This document shows, in pieces, positions 38,520 to 48,786 of a DNA stretch of 62,397 nucleotides. The stretch comes from Candidatus Moraniibacteriota bacterium. Its GTDB lineage: Bacteria; Patescibacteriota; Minisyncoccia; Moranbacterales; UBA1568. Below the pieces are notes generated by a model, which saw nothing but the letters and a program-made list of their open reading frames with translations, did no database searches and was not told where the DNA came from. Location of the stretch: contig JAQTRS010000005.1 in the NCBI GenBank assembly GCA_028711705.1, positions 1 through 62,397 of the forward strand, in the 5' to 3' direction. Position numbers and translations under genes: made by a program. Each line of letters begins with the position of its first letter. The stretch's first letter is position 1.

Positions 38520-39926
38520 TTATTTCAGGTGCTTCTCGAAATATTCGGCTAAATCAGCGATCTTCACGCGCTCCTGCACCATCGTGTCGCGGTCGCGGAC
38601 GGTGACGGCGCTATCTTCGAGCGTTTCGAAATCGACCGTCACGCAGTAGGGCGTACCGATTTCATCCTGCCTGCGATAGCGTTTGCCGACATTGCCATTG
38701 TCATCGAATTCGCACTGGAAGTCATGTTTGAGGGTATCGAAAATCTCGCGCGCCTTACCGACCAATTCCGGTTTGTTCTTCAGGAGCGGGAATATGGCCA
38801 CTTTGATCGGTGCCAATTTTTTCGGGAACTTCATCACCATTCGGACATCCCCGTTCTCCAGAATTTCTTCGGTATAGGCCTGATCGACGAACATCAAAAA
38901 GAGTCGCGCCAAACCGACGGACGTTTCCATGACATGCGGAATGAATCGCTCGCCTGTCTTGTCATCGAAGTACGAAAGATCCTTGCCGGAAAACTTCGCG
39001 TGCTGCGAAAGGTCCCAATCGCCGCGCGCATGGATGCCTTCCACCTCCTTGAAGCCGCCCAATGATTTGAAGTCGAACTCAATATCATACGCTTCGCTCG
39101 CATAGTGCGCCAACTTGAGGTGTTTGAACCATCGTACCCGGCTCATGTCCACGCCCATGTCCGCATACCACTGCCATCTGGCCGCCTTCCATTCCTCATA
39201 CTTCTCTTTCGTCTGCGATGGGTGATGGAAATATTGCATCTCCATCTGCTCGAATTCCCGGGTGCGGAAGATGAATTGCCTCGCCACGATCTCGTTGCGG
39301 AACGCCTTGCCGACCTGCGCGATGCCGAACGGTATTTTGACGCGCGTCGAGTCGACCGTATTCTTGTACTCAAGATAGATGCCGCCGCAGGTTTCCGGAC
39401 GAAGATACACCGCGTTCTCCTCGGACAAGGCATCTGTCGGGGAGCCGATATTGGACTTAACCATCAGCGAAAACACCTTGGCATCCGTCAGGTCCGTCGA
39501 TCCGCAGTTGGCGCATTTGAGTTTCTTCGCTTCCTTGAGCTTGTTCAATTCCGCGTTGATGAATTCAAGCGTCGCCTTATCGGCCTCGATGCCGAATTCT
39601 TCCAAAAGATGGTCGGCACGGAAGCGGCTCTTGCACTTCCGACAATCCACCTGAGGATCATTGAAGCCTTCCACATGCCCCGAGGCCACCCAGGCCTTCG
39701 GGTGCATGAAGATGGCGCTATCGAGCCCGACCACATCGTCCCGAAGCTGCACCATCGATTTAAGCCAGGCATTACGGATATTGTTTTTCAAAAGCGTCCC
39801 GTAATGGCCATAGTCATAAATGGCCGCAAAACCGCCATAGATCTCAGACGAGGGAAACACGAACCCGCGCCTTTTGCACAAAGATACGATTTTTTCCATC
39901 ACGTTGTCGGTTTTTGCTTCTGCCAT
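38520..39926 (-). CDS. glyQS: glycine--tRNA ligase (dimeric alpha2 type)
   Basis: It contains RRGFVFPSSEIYGG, LRPETCGGIY and FRNEI..R.FIFRTREFEQME. The start is set at MAEAKTD (ATG 39926). Confidence 0.95.
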   Translation of the reverse strand: MAEAKTDNVMEKIVSLCKRRGFVFPSSEIYGGFAAIYDYGHYGTLLKNNIRNAWLKSMVQLRDDVVGLDSAIFMHPKAWVASGHVEGFNDPQVDCRKCKSRFRADHLLEEFGIEADKATLEFINAELNKLKEAKKLKCANCGSTDLTDAKVFSLMVKSNIGSPTDALSEENAVYLRPETCGGIYLEYKNTVDSTRVKIPFGIAQVGKAFRNEIVARQFIFRTREFEQMEMQYFHHPSQTKEKYEEWKAARWQWYADMGVDMSRVRWFKHLKLAHYASEAYDIEFDFKSLGGFKEVEGIHARGDWDLSQHAKFSGKDLSYFDDKTGERFIPHVMETSVGLARLFLMFVDQAYTEEILENGDVRMVMKFPKKLAPIKVAIFPLLKNKPELVGKAREIFDTLKHDFQCEFDDNGNVGKRYRRQDEIGTPYCVTVDFETLEDSAVTVRDRDTMVQERVKIADLAEYFEKHLK

Positions 39927-40029
39927 AATGAGTATGTATACGTAATTTATAATCAAGATCGGAACGGCGGGACACAAGGCGCCCAAGATCATGCTGACAT
40001 GACGCGATTTCAAGCGCCACTTATACTGC

Positions 40030-40059
40030 ATTATAGCGGGTTTTTTCTTTGTTTGTCAA
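40030..40059 (-). promoter_or_regulatory. candidate glyQS promoter
   Basis: The minus strand reads TTGACA, an 18-nt spacer, then TATAAT. Confidence 0.6.
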
Positions 40060-40115
40060 AGAATCGACGCTTTTTGAAAAGCGGTACTGATCTACCGATT
40101 TCCTGCGAAAAGATA

Positions 40116-40154
40116 CAAAAAAAATGGCAAGGAAATTTCATATCTCCTTGCCAT
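40116..40154 (-). terminator. rho-independent terminator of the PRTase gene
   Basis: ATGGCAAGGA (40124-40133) pairs with TCCTTGCCAT (40145-40154), followed on the minus strand by T8. Confidence 0.85.
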
Positions 40155-40182
40155 GGATAAGCATACACTGCCGATTATGCCA

Positions 40183-40929
40183 TCAGATCATCTTGAAATT
40201 CTTCATGACTTGCAAAAGGCGCGGCCAATCCCTGATTTTCGGCTTCCAAATTATGGATCCGCGCCGCACCAATCCCGCCACCAACGGATCATCCTGCTTA
40301 TACTGGGGCGTTTCTTTTCCGATGACGCTCATTACGGGAATACCTGCATATTGGATGATGAACGGTGATGAACGATTGATGGCACACATGATACCGATGA
40401 CGTGACCCCCGGCATTTCGCACAAGCTCGATAAGCTGCGCCGTGGTCGAGCAATTATTGACCAGCTCTTCACCGATCACCACCCTATCGCCAGGATTGAT
40501 TTCGTAACGGGCCAAAGCGATCCGCGTTTTGAGAGACTTCCCATCATCGGACAAAGCCGCTACTTTCTCGGCGAAAATATGGCGGCATCCGAGAAGCCGC
40601 GCCACTTCCTGAGAAAATTTCAACCCCGCCATCGGAGCGCCCAGGATAACCGTCGGCCGTATATCGGCATCCGTAAGATTCCTTGCCATCGCTTCCGCAA
40701 AATAGGTCAGCACCGCCGGATACTGATCCGCTCGCGAAAAATTATAGTAGGTATCACCCACATAATTATGTTCCTCAAACTCGCCGGCATACCTATAGGT
40801 GCCGGCATATCCCACAAGCAGCCCTACGGGTTTGCCATTCTCATACGGGCACTGATAAAAACCCTGGCACTGCCTCAATGTTCCCACATAATCATCCGGG
40901 ATAATCAGATCACTTCCATCATTATTCAT
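40183..40929 (-). CDS. type I phosphoribosyltransferase-fold protein
   Basis: It has a PRPP-loop-like segment (DRVVIGEELVNNCSTTAQL). The substrate is unknown. Confidence 0.55.
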   Translation of the reverse strand: MNNDGSDLIIPDDYVGTLRQCQGFYQCPYENGKPVGLLVGYAGTYRYAGEFEEHNYVGDTYYNFSRADQYPAVLTYFAEAMARNLTDADIRPTVILGAPMAGLKFSQEVARLLGCRHIFAEKVAALSDDGKSLKTRIALARYEINPGDRVVIGEELVNNCSTTAQLIELVRNAGGHVIGIMCAINRSSPFIIQYAGIPVMSVIGKETPQYKQDDPLVAGLVRRGSIIWKPKIRDWPRLLQVMKNFKMI

Positions 40930-41071
40930 AATGACTACCTCAACTCTCTTTTGTTAAAAGAAAAACCGGGATTTCCCAGTCCTCCGAACTGCGTTCCCAC
41001 TCTAACAGAAAAGCCCTCCTCAGGCAAGCGCGAAGAATAAGGAATTGGTCGAAGGGAAATCCGTGCGAGAT

Positions 41072-42670
41072 TTACAGGCACAGGAAAAGCTGCGCCACCG
41101 CATCGAAGGCCAGATTCAGGATGCCAGCGATATCGAAAGGATGCGAGGGAGGCTTCAGACCCCTTTGCTCGGGACACGGAAGCGGCTGCGCCTTAGCATC
41201 CGCGTCCGCGGTATCGGATGTCTCGGCGGCAGAGGCCTGTGCCATGATACTCTTTTCCAAAGCCGCTTTTCGCTCGCTCTCTATGCGAGCCTCCTCCTCT
41301 TTCGGATCCGGCCATACGAAAGTTCCTTCCGACATCTGCATGGACCAGCTATTGATATCGAAACAGAATCCATGCCCGTAAAACGTCGGGAGCGATGAAT
41401 GAAAGCGGGCGATATCACCATAAGCATCCGTCAAAAATCCCGGATTATGGTCCATGATCAGATTATGATTGCCGCTATCGACGGAGGCGACCTTCGTCCA
41501 TGTCCCGGTCTTGAAATCGTCTGTTATGAACGTATGCACGGAAGCGACCGGAAAACGGGCCGGGCTCGCGCCGCAGGAACGGGACTCATCGAACACTCCC
41601 GTCGTCAGGAACCACTTTTTCAACTCCGAATCATACGCGAAAACCGGCGCATCGATGGTCGGGATTTCCAAACCCTGCACGCTGATCGGTTGCGCGTCAG
41701 AAAAACGGATGCCGTCCTGCGTCGTGCGGAAGAGGATTTTCTGCACTCCGCGGGAACGATCGACATGGAACAGAAATATCGTCCCACCCCTATTCACCAC
41801 CGATGTTTGCCCGGCGCCATAGGTCTTGCCGCTCAAAGACTCCGGCCTGATAACGAAGTTCTCATACTTCGTCCAGGTAAGCAGATCATTGGAGAATGCC
41901 ACGCCGATATGGTTTTCGATACCGGGTCGGTCGGTCGCGGTGTAGTACATCGCATACGCATAGCTTGCGCCGTTCAAGGAGAACTTCCCTGCCACCACCG
42001 ACGGATCGCAGGTATGATAGCTATCCCACCCGTCCGCGCTTGGAGCAAGCACCTTCACCGGCTCGCCGAGAACCTTGCGCGCCGCTATGTCATACCCGAT
42101 GGAAAAAATGCTATCCGCTGTTTTTCCCCGCAGATTCTGATCCGTCGAGCACCAAAACAGTCGTGCCTGATTCGGATTGTCCGGCAGCACGATACTCGAA
42201 GGAGCATAGTCCCACGCGCCGATACGATCGACAACGGATGCGGTTTTGGTATAGCCCGAAAGCACCGGGAGATCCTTTTTGAAATGCCACCACACATCCG
42301 CAAACCCGTCTTTGGGCACCGACACTTCGACGGCATTGCCGGATTTGGGCGCCTGATAATGACAATCGACACGGTTCCGGCACACGGTATAGCCGACGAT
42401 ATACCCCGCCGGAACATTCACGCTCACCTTGTATTCGCGAGCCGAAAGACCCTCGAACCTGAAGGGATCGGCCGTCGTGACCAGCTCGCCATCCAGGTAC
42501 ACTTTCGATTGACGTATCAAGGATATATCTCCGCCGTTCCCCACCAACACCTTATACCCCTGGATTATCCCTGCCGCATGCGAGACCGTAGGGAACAAGA
42601 CCGCGAAGGCCACCGCAAACACCCCCATAAGTACGACCCGTCTGTATCCGCTCGAAAAAAAAGAGGTCAT
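41072..42670 (-). CDS. secreted protein with a five-bladed beta-propeller (GH43/32/68-like) domain
   Basis: It has a signal peptide and an N-terminal beta-sandwich. Propeller-type blocks read WDSYHTCDPSVV and IGVAFSNDLLTWTKY. Confidence 0.5.
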   Translation of the reverse strand: MTSFFSSGYRRVVLMGVFAVAFAVLFPTVSHAAGIIQGYKVLVGNGGDISLIRQSKVYLDGELVTTADPFRFEGLSAREYKVSVNVPAGYIVGYTVCRNRVDCHYQAPKSGNAVEVSVPKDGFADVWWHFKKDLPVLSGYTKTASVVDRIGAWDYAPSSIVLPDNPNQARLFWCSTDQNLRGKTADSIFSIGYDIAARKVLGEPVKVLAPSADGWDSYHTCDPSVVAGKFSLNGASYAYAMYYTATDRPGIENHIGVAFSNDLLTWTKYENFVIRPESLSGKTYGAGQTSVVNRGGTIFLFHVDRSRGVQKILFRTTQDGIRFSDAQPISVQGLEIPTIDAPVFAYDSELKKWFLTTGVFDESRSCGASPARFPVASVHTFITDDFKTGTWTKVASVDSGNHNLIMDHNPGFLTDAYGDIARFHSSLPTFYGHGFCFDINSWSMQMSEGTFVWPDPKEEEARIESERKAALEKSIMAQASAAETSDTADADAKAQPLPCPEQRGLKPPSHPFDIAGILNLAFDAVAQLFLCL

Positions 42671-42739
42671 AGTGATGAAGATATATTTTAAAACCCGAAA
42701 GCTTTCACTCTCTTATACGCAGGCGCGAGCGCGGATCAC

Positions 42740-43882
42740 TCATTCGCCCCGCAAAGATTCCGCCAGCTTCAGATAGAATCGCAGATTATGCGTCGAAGCG
42801 AGATGGAACCCGAACGGTTCGTCGACGGAAAACAGATGACGAAGATAGGCACGGGTATAATTGGTACACGTATAGCAATCGCATTGTGCATCGATCGACG
42901 TAAAATCCTCCCGATATTTTTCATTATTGATATTGAGGGTTTCATAAAAATCCCCCGACAAGTCCTTTTGGTCTTTCCAGATAAAGAGTCTCCCATGGCG
43001 TCCCTCGCGGGTCGGGATGACGCAGTCGAACATGTCCACGCCAGCCTCCACGGCCCGCACGATTTCTTCGGGCTTCCCGAGACCCATCAGATACCGAGGC
43101 TTATCCTCCGGAAGAATCGGCACTGTCCATGCCAAAATGTCTTTCATTGTCTCACGCGGCTCACCCACTGCCACACCGCCGATCGCATAGCCATCGAAAC
43201 CGAGAGCCACCAACTGCCTCGCGCTTTCCTGACGCAGGTCTTCATAGACACCACCCTGCACGATCGCAAACAGAAGCGGACGCGTATGATCAGTGCCCGA
43301 TATCTGCGCGTCCGCTTCCCTTTCCGCCATACGCCTTTCAAAATAGTCCTTGCAACGCTTCGCCCAGCGGGTCGTGAGCGCAAGCGACTGCGCCACATAT
43401 GCATGCGTCGAAGGATAGGGCGGGCACTCGTCCAACACCATGATAATATCCGATCCGAGTTCCAACTGCACCTCGATTGATTTTTCCGGTGAGAGGAAAT
43501 GTTTTTTTCCGTTCAGCGGATCAATAAACTCCACGCCTTCCTCTGTCAGTTTGACACCGTTTTTCCCGAAACGAGTATGTGCTCGGGCGCCCAATGAAAA
43601 AACCTGGAAGCCTCCCGAGTCAGTCAGTATTGGTCCGGACCAATGCATGAACATGTGCAGATCACCGGCCCGTGCGATCAGATCCGATCCGGGACGGAGC
43701 CAAAGATGATAAGTATTCCCCAAAACGATCTGCACACCAAGCGTCCGCAGCTCCTCGGGCGGGATATGCTTGACGGAGGCCTTGGTCGCAATCGGCATGA
43801 AAACGGGCGTCCGTATGACTCCCGCTCTCGTCGTGAGCATCCCTTGACGATAGGCATCTTTTTGTCGGTGTATTTCGAACAT
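42740..43882 (-). CDS. tgt: queuine tRNA-ribosyltransferase
   Basis: TPVFMPIATKASVKH, LTDSGGFQVFSL, MVLDEC and a C..C.C Zn site. Confidence 0.95.
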   Translation of the reverse strand: MFEIHRQKDAYRQGMLTTRAGVIRTPVFMPIATKASVKHIPPEELRTLGVQIVLGNTYHLWLRPGSDLIARAGDLHMFMHWSGPILTDSGGFQVFSLGARAHTRFGKNGVKLTEEGVEFIDPLNGKKHFLSPEKSIEVQLELGSDIIMVLDECPPYPSTHAYVAQSLALTTRWAKRCKDYFERRMAEREADAQISGTDHTRPLLFAIVQGGVYEDLRQESARQLVALGFDGYAIGGVAVGEPRETMKDILAWTVPILPEDKPRYLMGLGKPEEIVRAVEAGVDMFDCVIPTREGRHGRLFIWKDQKDLSGDFYETLNINNEKYREDFTSIDAQCDCYTCTNYTRAYLRHLFSVDEPFGFHLASTHNLRFYLKLAESLRGE

Positions 43883-43953
43883 ACAAAATCTGAGCATTGC
43901 TTATCTTTATAGAGGAGGGTCTCACCATTATGTGCTGGCCCTCAAGGCTTCGT

Positions 43954-45825
43954 TTATTGGGAAATGGTGACGATCTGCGTCTCTTGTTTGGATTCGAGGC
44001 TGACATCCGTGAACAGGTCATGCGCCGTGAAAGTCGTCTCCCCCAAAAGCGGCGTCGTCGATCCCACTTGATTCACCTGGGGCGTAAGACCGACCTGGAA
44101 CATCACTTCCCGTATCGGCCGGATCGATCCGATCCCGCTTTGGATATTGCCGACATTCCAGGTGATCTGATTGGTGCGCTCATTGTAGGTGATGTTCTCG
44201 GACGACGGCGAGACCTTGCCGATCCACCGGATACCGGTCGGCAAATAGGCACTCACTACCCCCTTATCCGCGTCATTGGAACCATTGAAAGCCCTCCAAT
44301 GTATCGTGTAAGTCGTCTCCTGTCCCAGTACCGGAGGATTCGGCCCCGCGTTCGGAATAACCCCGTCCTGATAGATGGTCGCCACCTGGATATCCACACC
44401 GGAATTCACCTTCACGCGCAAAGTATTGCTGCCGATAATTTTGTTGGAACCGGTCGGTGTGGCGATATCGGGACTGTCGACTTTGGCGACGCTCGTGATG
44501 ACGAAATTCTTATCGGCGTCGGTCTTGACCGGTAACATGCTCAAGACAGGCACGGAAAACGACACGGTACCCTCTTTGCCGGGAGCGAGGTTGGCTAATT
44601 CGTGCACATCCGAAGCCTTCCACGTGATGATTCTTTTGACATCATCGAAGGCGCCGCCGCTTGGTTGCAGTTTCGAATAATCGAGCGCTGATCCGTCCAC
44701 CGCCACCGTGATGATGACATTGCGCAGCCCTATCTGTCCATCATTGCGATAACGGACATCGTAGCGGATCACGCTTCCCGGATTGACGCTGAGCTGATTG
44801 AGATTGTTCGCGGTCTGCTGTACGGAAATCGGCGAAGCGACGATCTTGGTCAATCGCTCGCTATCGCTATAGGCCAAAAGCTCCCCGTTCCCCTGCAGCA
44901 TACCGATATGCGCCGTAAGAATCTTGGTCTCGTCTTTGGTTCCGTCCACGGTGCCGACAATACGGACACTTCCCGACTGTCCGGAAGAAAGCGTGCCCAC
45001 ATACCAGATCGCTTCACCCTCCGACGTTTTCGGAGTAGCCTCCTGAAAATGGAATCCTGCCGGATACTCCACCTTCAAACGGAGATTGTCGAAGGGGACA
45101 TCGCTCATATTCGTGTAGTCCACGCGATACTCTACTACGCCGCCGGAAGCGACTTCAAGCGGCGCTTCCATCGACAGCTTTATCGAAGGGGATTGGATAG
45201 TGACACCGATCTGTGACTCGGCCTGGAAACTGCTGGAGGCGTTTTCGGGCTTATACCGGAGCACACCCTTGATATAGGCGAGCGATCCTTTCGATCCGAC
45301 AAATTTTCCGCGAAGTTCGATCTTACCCTGCGAGTGAGGTGCTATGGTTCCGATATGTATCTGGCTTGAGGAGCCGTTGATAGACATATTGTCCATCGCG
45401 TCCGGGCGGAAATTCTCCGGATAGGTCAGTGTCAGTTCGGCATCCGTCAGTTCGGATCGATTCACATTCGAAAGACTGAATACAAAAAGGGATGATTCGG
45501 AACCGCTCACACTCGTCGGCCCATCGACTTTGAGCGTCACCCGATCGCTATTGAATGACGACTGCTGGATGCGTACGGCCACGAAATAGGCGAGCGCGAC
45601 GGCGATAATGATGCCGCAGATCACCACGCCCTGCATTATCGCTTTCCTATTGCGGCTCATGAACGATTCCTGCACCGTGTTCCATGTGCTATGCGCTTGA
45701 AAAGCTTCGCTCGAAGCGGTGCTCTCTGCACTGTCAGCGCCAGCATCGAACTGCCGCGGGCGGGCATTTTCCCGTTCCGCACCCTCACGCGTATATAATT
45801 CTTCGTTGAGATCTTGAAGTCCCAT
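43954..45825 (-). CDS. large membrane-anchored surface protein with repeated DUF11/CARDB-like beta domains
   Basis: It has one TM helix (QGVVICGIIIAVALAYFVAV) followed by about 5 repeated roughly 100-aa beta modules. Confidence 0.5.
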   Translation of the reverse strand: MGLQDLNEELYTREGAERENARPRQFDAGADSAESTASSEAFQAHSTWNTVQESFMSRNRKAIMQGVVICGIIIAVALAYFVAVRIQQSSFNSDRVTLKVDGPTSVSGSESSLFVFSLSNVNRSELTDAELTLTYPENFRPDAMDNMSINGSSSQIHIGTIAPHSQGKIELRGKFVGSKGSLAYIKGVLRYKPENASSSFQAESQIGVTIQSPSIKLSMEAPLEVASGGVVEYRVDYTNMSDVPFDNLRLKVEYPAGFHFQEATPKTSEGEAIWYVGTLSSGQSGSVRIVGTVDGTKDETKILTAHIGMLQGNGELLAYSDSERLTKIVASPISVQQTANNLNQLSVNPGSVIRYDVRYRNDGQIGLRNVIITVAVDGSALDYSKLQPSGGAFDDVKRIITWKASDVHELANLAPGKEGTVSFSVPVLSMLPVKTDADKNFVITSVAKVDSPDIATPTGSNKIIGSNTLRVKVNSGVDIQVATIYQDGVIPNAGPNPPVLGQETTYTIHWRAFNGSNDADKGVVSAYLPTGIRWIGKVSPSSENITYNERTNQITWNVGNIQSGIGSIRPIREVMFQVGLTPQVNQVGSTTPLLGETTFTAHDLFTDVSLESKQETQIVTISQ

Positions 45826-45869
45826 AGTAGATACTATTAATACTTTCTTCTTCCATAGTATACCACAAT

Positions 45870-46592
45870 TTAGTGTTCAATCCATCGTAAAAATGACTGC
45901 GATACGCGCTCGACGCAGACAAGATCTTCATGACTCACGCAAAGCCGCGTCATCGAGGAAAGCCTGTTCTGAAAAAAGATGCGGATGAGTTTGATGACAT
46001 TTTCGTTGATAGCGACCGCCTTCTTGGCTCGATTGGTATATCGGGCATCGATTACGCCCCCGATATCGGGGCTGAAATAGTAGCGATTCGACGAGGAAAG
46101 AGGGTCGCCCGATACCGCGCAGACACGCATCTCCAGATGATACCCCAAATGACTGAGAAGCCTGAACAAAAAGCCCTGCGTGATGATCCTCGCCTTCTCA
46201 TATTTCGCTTCCCCCTCAAGGCCATCGATCACCACAAGGTATGCCCGCAATAACCCGAAGAGCTCCTCATCCCTCTCTTCGAAATCGACGAGCTGCTCAA
46301 AATATGCTATCGTCTGAAACACCCGTGCAAGCATCGTCTCATCCGTCTTGATATTGAGGAAATACTGTTCCGTGATGGCGCTGGCGATATTGCCCAGCCC
46401 GTGCCGCCTTGCCACGATCACATCCGACTGACTGAGTGTTTCCAAGTGCCCGGCAAGCTTGGCTTTGGGCTTTCGTATGCCCCGCCCGATCGACTGCAGC
46501 TTCCCGGCCTCGAGGGTATAGAAAGTATACAGGCGATCCGTCTCGCCTATCTTTCTTTTCTTGAGGATGATGGCCGTATAGTTGTATTCCAT
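45870..46592 (-). CDS. recO: DNA repair protein RecO
   Basis: AIILKKRKIGETDRLYTFYTLEAGKLQSIGRGIRKPKAKLAGHLE forms the OB fold. A C..C..C zinc region is also present. Confidence 0.85.
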   Translation of the reverse strand: MEYNYTAIILKKRKIGETDRLYTFYTLEAGKLQSIGRGIRKPKAKLAGHLETLSQSDVIVARRHGLGNIASAITEQYFLNIKTDETMLARVFQTIAYFEQLVDFEERDEELFGLLRAYLVVIDGLEGEAKYEKARIITQGFLFRLLSHLGYHLEMRVCAVSGDPLSSSNRYYFSPDIGGVIDARYTNRAKKAVAINENVIKLIRIFFQNRLSSMTRLCVSHEDLVCVERVSQSFLRWIEH

Positions 46593-46766
46593 AGCCTCTA
46601 CAGTATACCTTGTTTCCCTTGCGACGATAAGATATTGCCCTACCATCCCATAATTTCCGTCACCCTTCATTGACAGCGCCTATTCGCCGTGTTATATTAA
46701 CGCGGTGCCTTTTTGAACGCACCGACAAAAACAACAATAGTTACTTAACATTACGAGGAGTTCGCC

Positions 46767-47192
46767 ATGAGAGTACCGCAATTTCAGGCCCTGGGAATAA
46801 ACGATCAGGTCCAATATCAGCCTACGGACACGCTGCCTTTCGACATAGAAACCGACAATGATCCCTATAAAGAGGAGCTTGCCCTTATAGCTGCCGGCAC
46901 TGTTTTCACCGTTGCTCAAACATGTGACCATGGATCGACCGCTGTTTTCTACAAATTTGAACAGATTACGAGGGAAACGCTTTCCGAATGGTCCCATCTC
47001 AATGAGGAGGCTATCAGCGATATCGCCTTACTAAAAACAGGTATGACCGTTATCCATATGCCATCCAATGTCAGATATGTGCTTATCAGGGTAACCGAGA
47101 ATCATGCTCATGGAGCATGCTCGCTGGTCGTACGCGACAATAACGCGAGTCAGTGGGGTTTATACCTGAAAAGTTTGCTCAAACCCTTCTGA
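46767..47192 (+). CDS. orphan hypothetical protein (141 aa)
   Basis: A GAGGAG Shine-Dalgarno sequence lies 7 nt upstream. I recognise no motif. Confidence 0.6.
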   Translation: MRVPQFQALGINDQVQYQPTDTLPFDIETDNDPYKEELALIAAGTVFTVAQTCDHGSTAVFYKFEQITRETLSEWSHLNEEAISDIALLKTGMTVIHMPSNVRYVLIRVTENHAHGACSLVVRDNNASQWGLYLKSLLKPF

Positions 47193-47330
47193 CACCCGAT
47201 CGTTCAATAATTATCGAACGCCGCATCCACAACAGAAAGCCTTGTATTGTTATATAGGGCTTTTTTTATCGTAAAATCGCCTTTTCTCAGGCTGCTATTG
47301 CCTATCGCATCGATTGCTTCTAAAGCCTAC

Positions 47331-47356
47331 AATATGTCAATGCATATTGACATATT
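47331..47356. promoter_or_regulatory. 11-bp-arm palindrome (operator-like) overlapping the -35 box
   Basis: AATATGTCAAT-GCAT-ATTGACATATT. Confidence 0.5.
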
Positions 47357-47375
47357 TTGAAATATCTGCTACACT
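47347..47375 (+). promoter_or_regulatory. promoter of orphan gene 47453-47953
   Basis: TTGACA, a 17-nt spacer, then TACACT. Confidence 0.6.
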
Positions 47376-47452
47376 GTATCGGTACTTCTCAGAGCACATC
47401 GCTCGAGAACTACGGCACATTATCAATCCAATAACAAACCAGGGAGATCCCC

Positions 47453-47953
47453 ATGACATCTAATACTTTCATCGTTTCCGAGGCAGATTTTAAAAAGATA
47501 GCGGAACTATTCGTGTTGTCCTCACAACCGCCAGTCCCCCAGAGCTTATCTGATTTTCTGCTAAAGAATCAAAGGAATGATAAATTTTACTGCTCGAAGG
47601 GCATCCATTCGAACATTGGGTCATCGTTTGCTGTGGCAGCCACTGCCGCACAGGCAAGGGCATACATACGGCTCAACTCCACGATACATGTGGCGAAAGT
47701 AGTCGCAGGCGGCAACTGGATGGTTGCAGAAAAATACGTCTGCATAAACAGCACTGCTCCATCCAATACGGATCCCAGAAAAACCCGTGTGCTGAGTTTC
47801 CAATTGCTCGGGCACGTTTCCTCCTCATCCAATAATGAACATAAGAGCTCGGGAGGAAACATGGTCTACACGTCGGGAAGGGGCGGTGGAAATGCACGAT
47901 ACTGCGATGACACCCCCCGATACTACCGTACATCGGGATCAAGCGCGATTTAG
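47453..47953 (+). CDS. orphan hypothetical protein (166 aa) with a Gly/Ser-rich tail
   Basis: A GGGAG Shine-Dalgarno sequence lies upstream. I recognise no motif. Confidence 0.6.
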   Translation: MTSNTFIVSEADFKKIAELFVLSSQPPVPQSLSDFLLKNQRNDKFYCSKGIHSNIGSSFAVAATAAQARAYIRLNSTIHVAKVVAGGNWMVAEKYVCINSTAPSNTDPRKTRVLSFQLLGHVSSSSNNEHKSSGGNMVYTSGRGGGNARYCDDTPRYYRTSGSSAI

Positions 47954-48069
47954 AATACATGAGCCCGTCTTAGCAACATCTGGACGGGCTTGAATTATAT
48001 CCATATACCCTCTCTATCCCTCCCCATACGGTAATTTTTTTGTATCTGAACGAAAACAGTCCCAATCAC

Positions 48070-48098
48070 TTGACAAAATACCTTTTCTATACTACACT
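48070..48098 (+). promoter_or_regulatory. promoter of the small ORF/orphan pair 48174-48720
   Basis: TTGACA, a 17-nt spacer, then TACACT. Both hexamers are the same as at 47347-47375. Confidence 0.6.
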
Positions 48099-48173
48099 GA
48101 TTCAGTATTTCACGAGTGAAGCATTTGAAATACGGACCTTGTACTATTAACAATAACATACAGGAAGACAAAC

Positions 48174-48341
48174 ATGAACCAAAGCAATGGTCTAGAACCC
48201 ACAAGAATGTACGATGAATCTGGCTGTCTGATAACAGATCGCGAAGAACATCGTGCGCATCAAATGGAGCAGGAGCAGTTTATTGACATTGCCTACAAGG
48301 ATGTGAACGTCAATAGCATACCCTGCAAGCAACCTGAGTAA
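48174..48341 (+). CDS. small acidic orphan protein (55 aa)
   Basis: ATG preceded by AGGAAG. The translation is MNQSNGLEPTRMYDESGCLITDREEHRAHQMEQEQFIDIAYKDVNVNSIPCKQPE. It falls below the ORF-track length cut-off. Confidence 0.4.
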   Translation: MNQSNGLEPTRMYDESGCLITDREEHRAHQMEQEQFIDIAYKDVNVNSIPCKQPE

Positions 48342-48369
48342 TCAGCCAAAAACAATATAGGGGAAAACA

Positions 48370-48720
48370 ATGCAAGCAAAAGAAAAGGATACAGCGAATG
48401 GTGCAATAGTCATCGGAAGTTCTGATGACATAACACACATCATTGAAGAACTCGGTAATCTGACAACGACTCACGACACGTGTACCGACACCGTTGTGAA
48501 AAATGGGTGTATATACTACACCCAGCAGGGGTTTGAAAACCAAGCGAACGCACTACAAAAGGACGACCTCTTGGTAAAAAAACAAAGTATCTGCTTATTG
48601 GTTAAGACATTGCAAAAGAAAGTGTGTCAAATTAGCGGAAACTTTCAGGTTATTCTGTTCAACGGAAATAAACCAAGCAACCAGGCAACGAAACTGATAC
48701 TCTCAGCAAAGACTGCCTAG
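48370..48720 (+). CDS. orphan hypothetical protein (116 aa)
   Basis: The ORF is followed by a strong terminator. I recognise no motif. Confidence 0.55.
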   Translation: MQAKEKDTANGAIVIGSSDDITHIIEELGNLTTTHDTCTDTVVKNGCIYYTQQGFENQANALQKDDLLVKKQSICLLVKTLQKKVCQISGNFQVILFNGNKPSNQATKLILSAKTA

Positions 48721-48746
48721 CGAAACACTACTCAATAAAACGCCGA

Positions 48747-48786
48747 AGCGCCTATCACGGAAACATTCCGAGATAGGCGCTGTTTT
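48747..48786 (+). terminator. rho-independent terminator of the orphan island
   Basis: AGCGCCTATC pairs with GATAGGCGCT in a 10-bp stem, followed by GTTTT. Confidence 0.8.
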
